NCBI RefSeq assembly: GCF_964213995.1
Contig: NC_135830.1
Span: forward strand, 13,578,001-13,642,000
Direction: 5' to 3'
From: Mustelus asterias
Taxonomy: Eukaryota
Length of the DNA stretch: 64,000 nt
Numbering within the stretch: the first letter of the stretch is position 1; every line of letters starts with the position of its first letter. The notes under the pieces are model-generated. The model ran no database searches. It was not told where the DNA came from and saw only the letters and a list, made by a program, of their open reading frames with translations. A program made the translations under genes and the position numbers. Below are positions 62,684-64,000 of the stretch, one piece after another.

Positions 62684-63540
62684 GTGTGACGTCTCATCCC
62701 CTGGGTGGTTGGGGGGGGAGGAGGTGTGACGTCTCATCCTCTTGTGGGGGGGGAAGTAGGAGGGGGTGCGATGTCTCATCCTCTGGGTGGTGGGTGGGAG
62801 GGGGTGTGACGTCTCATCCTCTCGGGGGGGAGGTGGGAGGGGAGGGGGTGTGAAGTCTCATCATCTGGGTGTTGGGGGGAGTGGATGTGGCGTCTCATCC
62901 TCTGGGGGGGTGGGAGGGGAGGGGGTGTGACGTCTCATCCTCTGGGTGGTGGGGGTGGAGGGGATGTGACGTATCATCCCCAGGGGGTGTGGAGTGGGGG
63001 TGTGACGTATCATCCTCTGGTCGGGGCGGGGGGAGGGGGGGGGGCGGCCGATCCCTCCTGGCACCATCACTGGTAGACTACCAGCCACAGCCATTTCTCC
63101 CGCTCTCTCGCACCTGCAGGGAAGAGTAATCTGTGGCTGGTAGTGCACCAGTGATAGTGCCAGGAGGGATCGGCTGCAGACAGGCAGCGGAGCACCCCCC
63201 CCCCCCCCCACCCCGCCCGCGACCAGAGGATGATACGTCACACCTCCCCCCCCCCCCCCCCCCCAGGGGATCGTACGTCACACCCCCTCCCCTCCCAATC
63301 CCCAGGGGATGATAAGTCATACTCCCTCCCCTCCCACCCCACCAGAGGATCAGACGTCACACACCCCCTCCCCTCCCCCCCCGCACCCCAGGGAATGAGA
63401 CGTCACACCCCCTCCCCTCCCACCACCCCAGGGGATGATGTCACACCCCCTCCCCTCCCGCCCTCCCCATTGGATGATACTTCACACCCCCTCCCCGCCT
63501 CCCCTCCTACCCCCCCCCCCCCGCCCCACCAGAGGATGAA
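62684..63540. repeat. Foldback palindrome: ~40-bp G-rich tandem repeats mirrored around a 44-bp inverted core
   Basis: GTGTGACGTCTCATCCTCT units left, reverse complement right; core 63047-63090 / 63131-63174. Confidence 0.9.
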
Positions 63541-63559
63541 CGGCAGAGAGGCTCTCACC

Positions 63560-64000
63560 ATCTCTGCATTTTCTTCGCGCCCAGGCGCGTTCTGTCAGAT
63601 TTTTCCGAACTGCGCAAGCGCCTATCGTTCCGGCGGTGCTAATCCCCGCCCACTGGACCGGCGCCGGAAAAATGCGCATGGGCGCGCTGGAGCGCGGTCT
63701 CCGGGCTCGGGTTTATTTGACGCTTGCACCCGGCACTTCGTCTATAAATGGTGAGATCGGGCCCAATGTCTTTAATGCTAGTTCCAAGCCACTCTACTGC
63801 ACCTCTGCGTCTTGGACACCGCCGGGCTCAAAAGGCCGGGAGGTCATATCGATTGGCCGGAGCAGTGTGGAATCGGTCAAAAAAAGAGAACATGTATTTT
63901 CTTTGCGTATCAAGAATCTAAAAGTTGAAGACAGTGGCGCGCGTTGCTGCAGACCGTGTACAAATTCATGGCTCATGAACCCCGAGCACTGTGGAGGTGG
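63560..64000. promoter_or_regulatory. CpG-rich promoter-like region
   Basis: Dense CpG, GC box, GCGCATG, TATAAA, CCAAT. Confidence 0.45.

Overview
Vertebrate genomic DNA, almost certainly a cartilaginous fish: it has HE1-type tRNA SINEs, HER1/CR1 LINEs and KRAB-less C2H2 genes starting MEKPWKC. The window is a zinc-finger gene cluster with five apparently intact finger ORFs, several pseudogenes, repeated CpG promoter cassettes and internal segmental duplications. It is densely invaded by CR1, Penelope (with minimal hammerhead ribozymes), Tx1, Rex1, SINEs and a solo LTR. The most unusual part is 1-5034, a head-to-tail array of a ~1.87-kb non-coding element. Each unit has a promoter-like 5' end, two diverged GC-rich RNA-like modules with repeated loop-E (GAA/AGUA) motifs, and an AATAAA plus A-rich tail. 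Copies are separated by a 15-bp host sequence (CCAACATCTGTGAGT), the same site that abuts Tx1 3' ends in two paralogous cluster units. Also noted: an rps19 exon remnant and a G-rich foldback palindrome near the right end. All calls are by eye; no searches or folding were run and many repeat boundaries are approximate.
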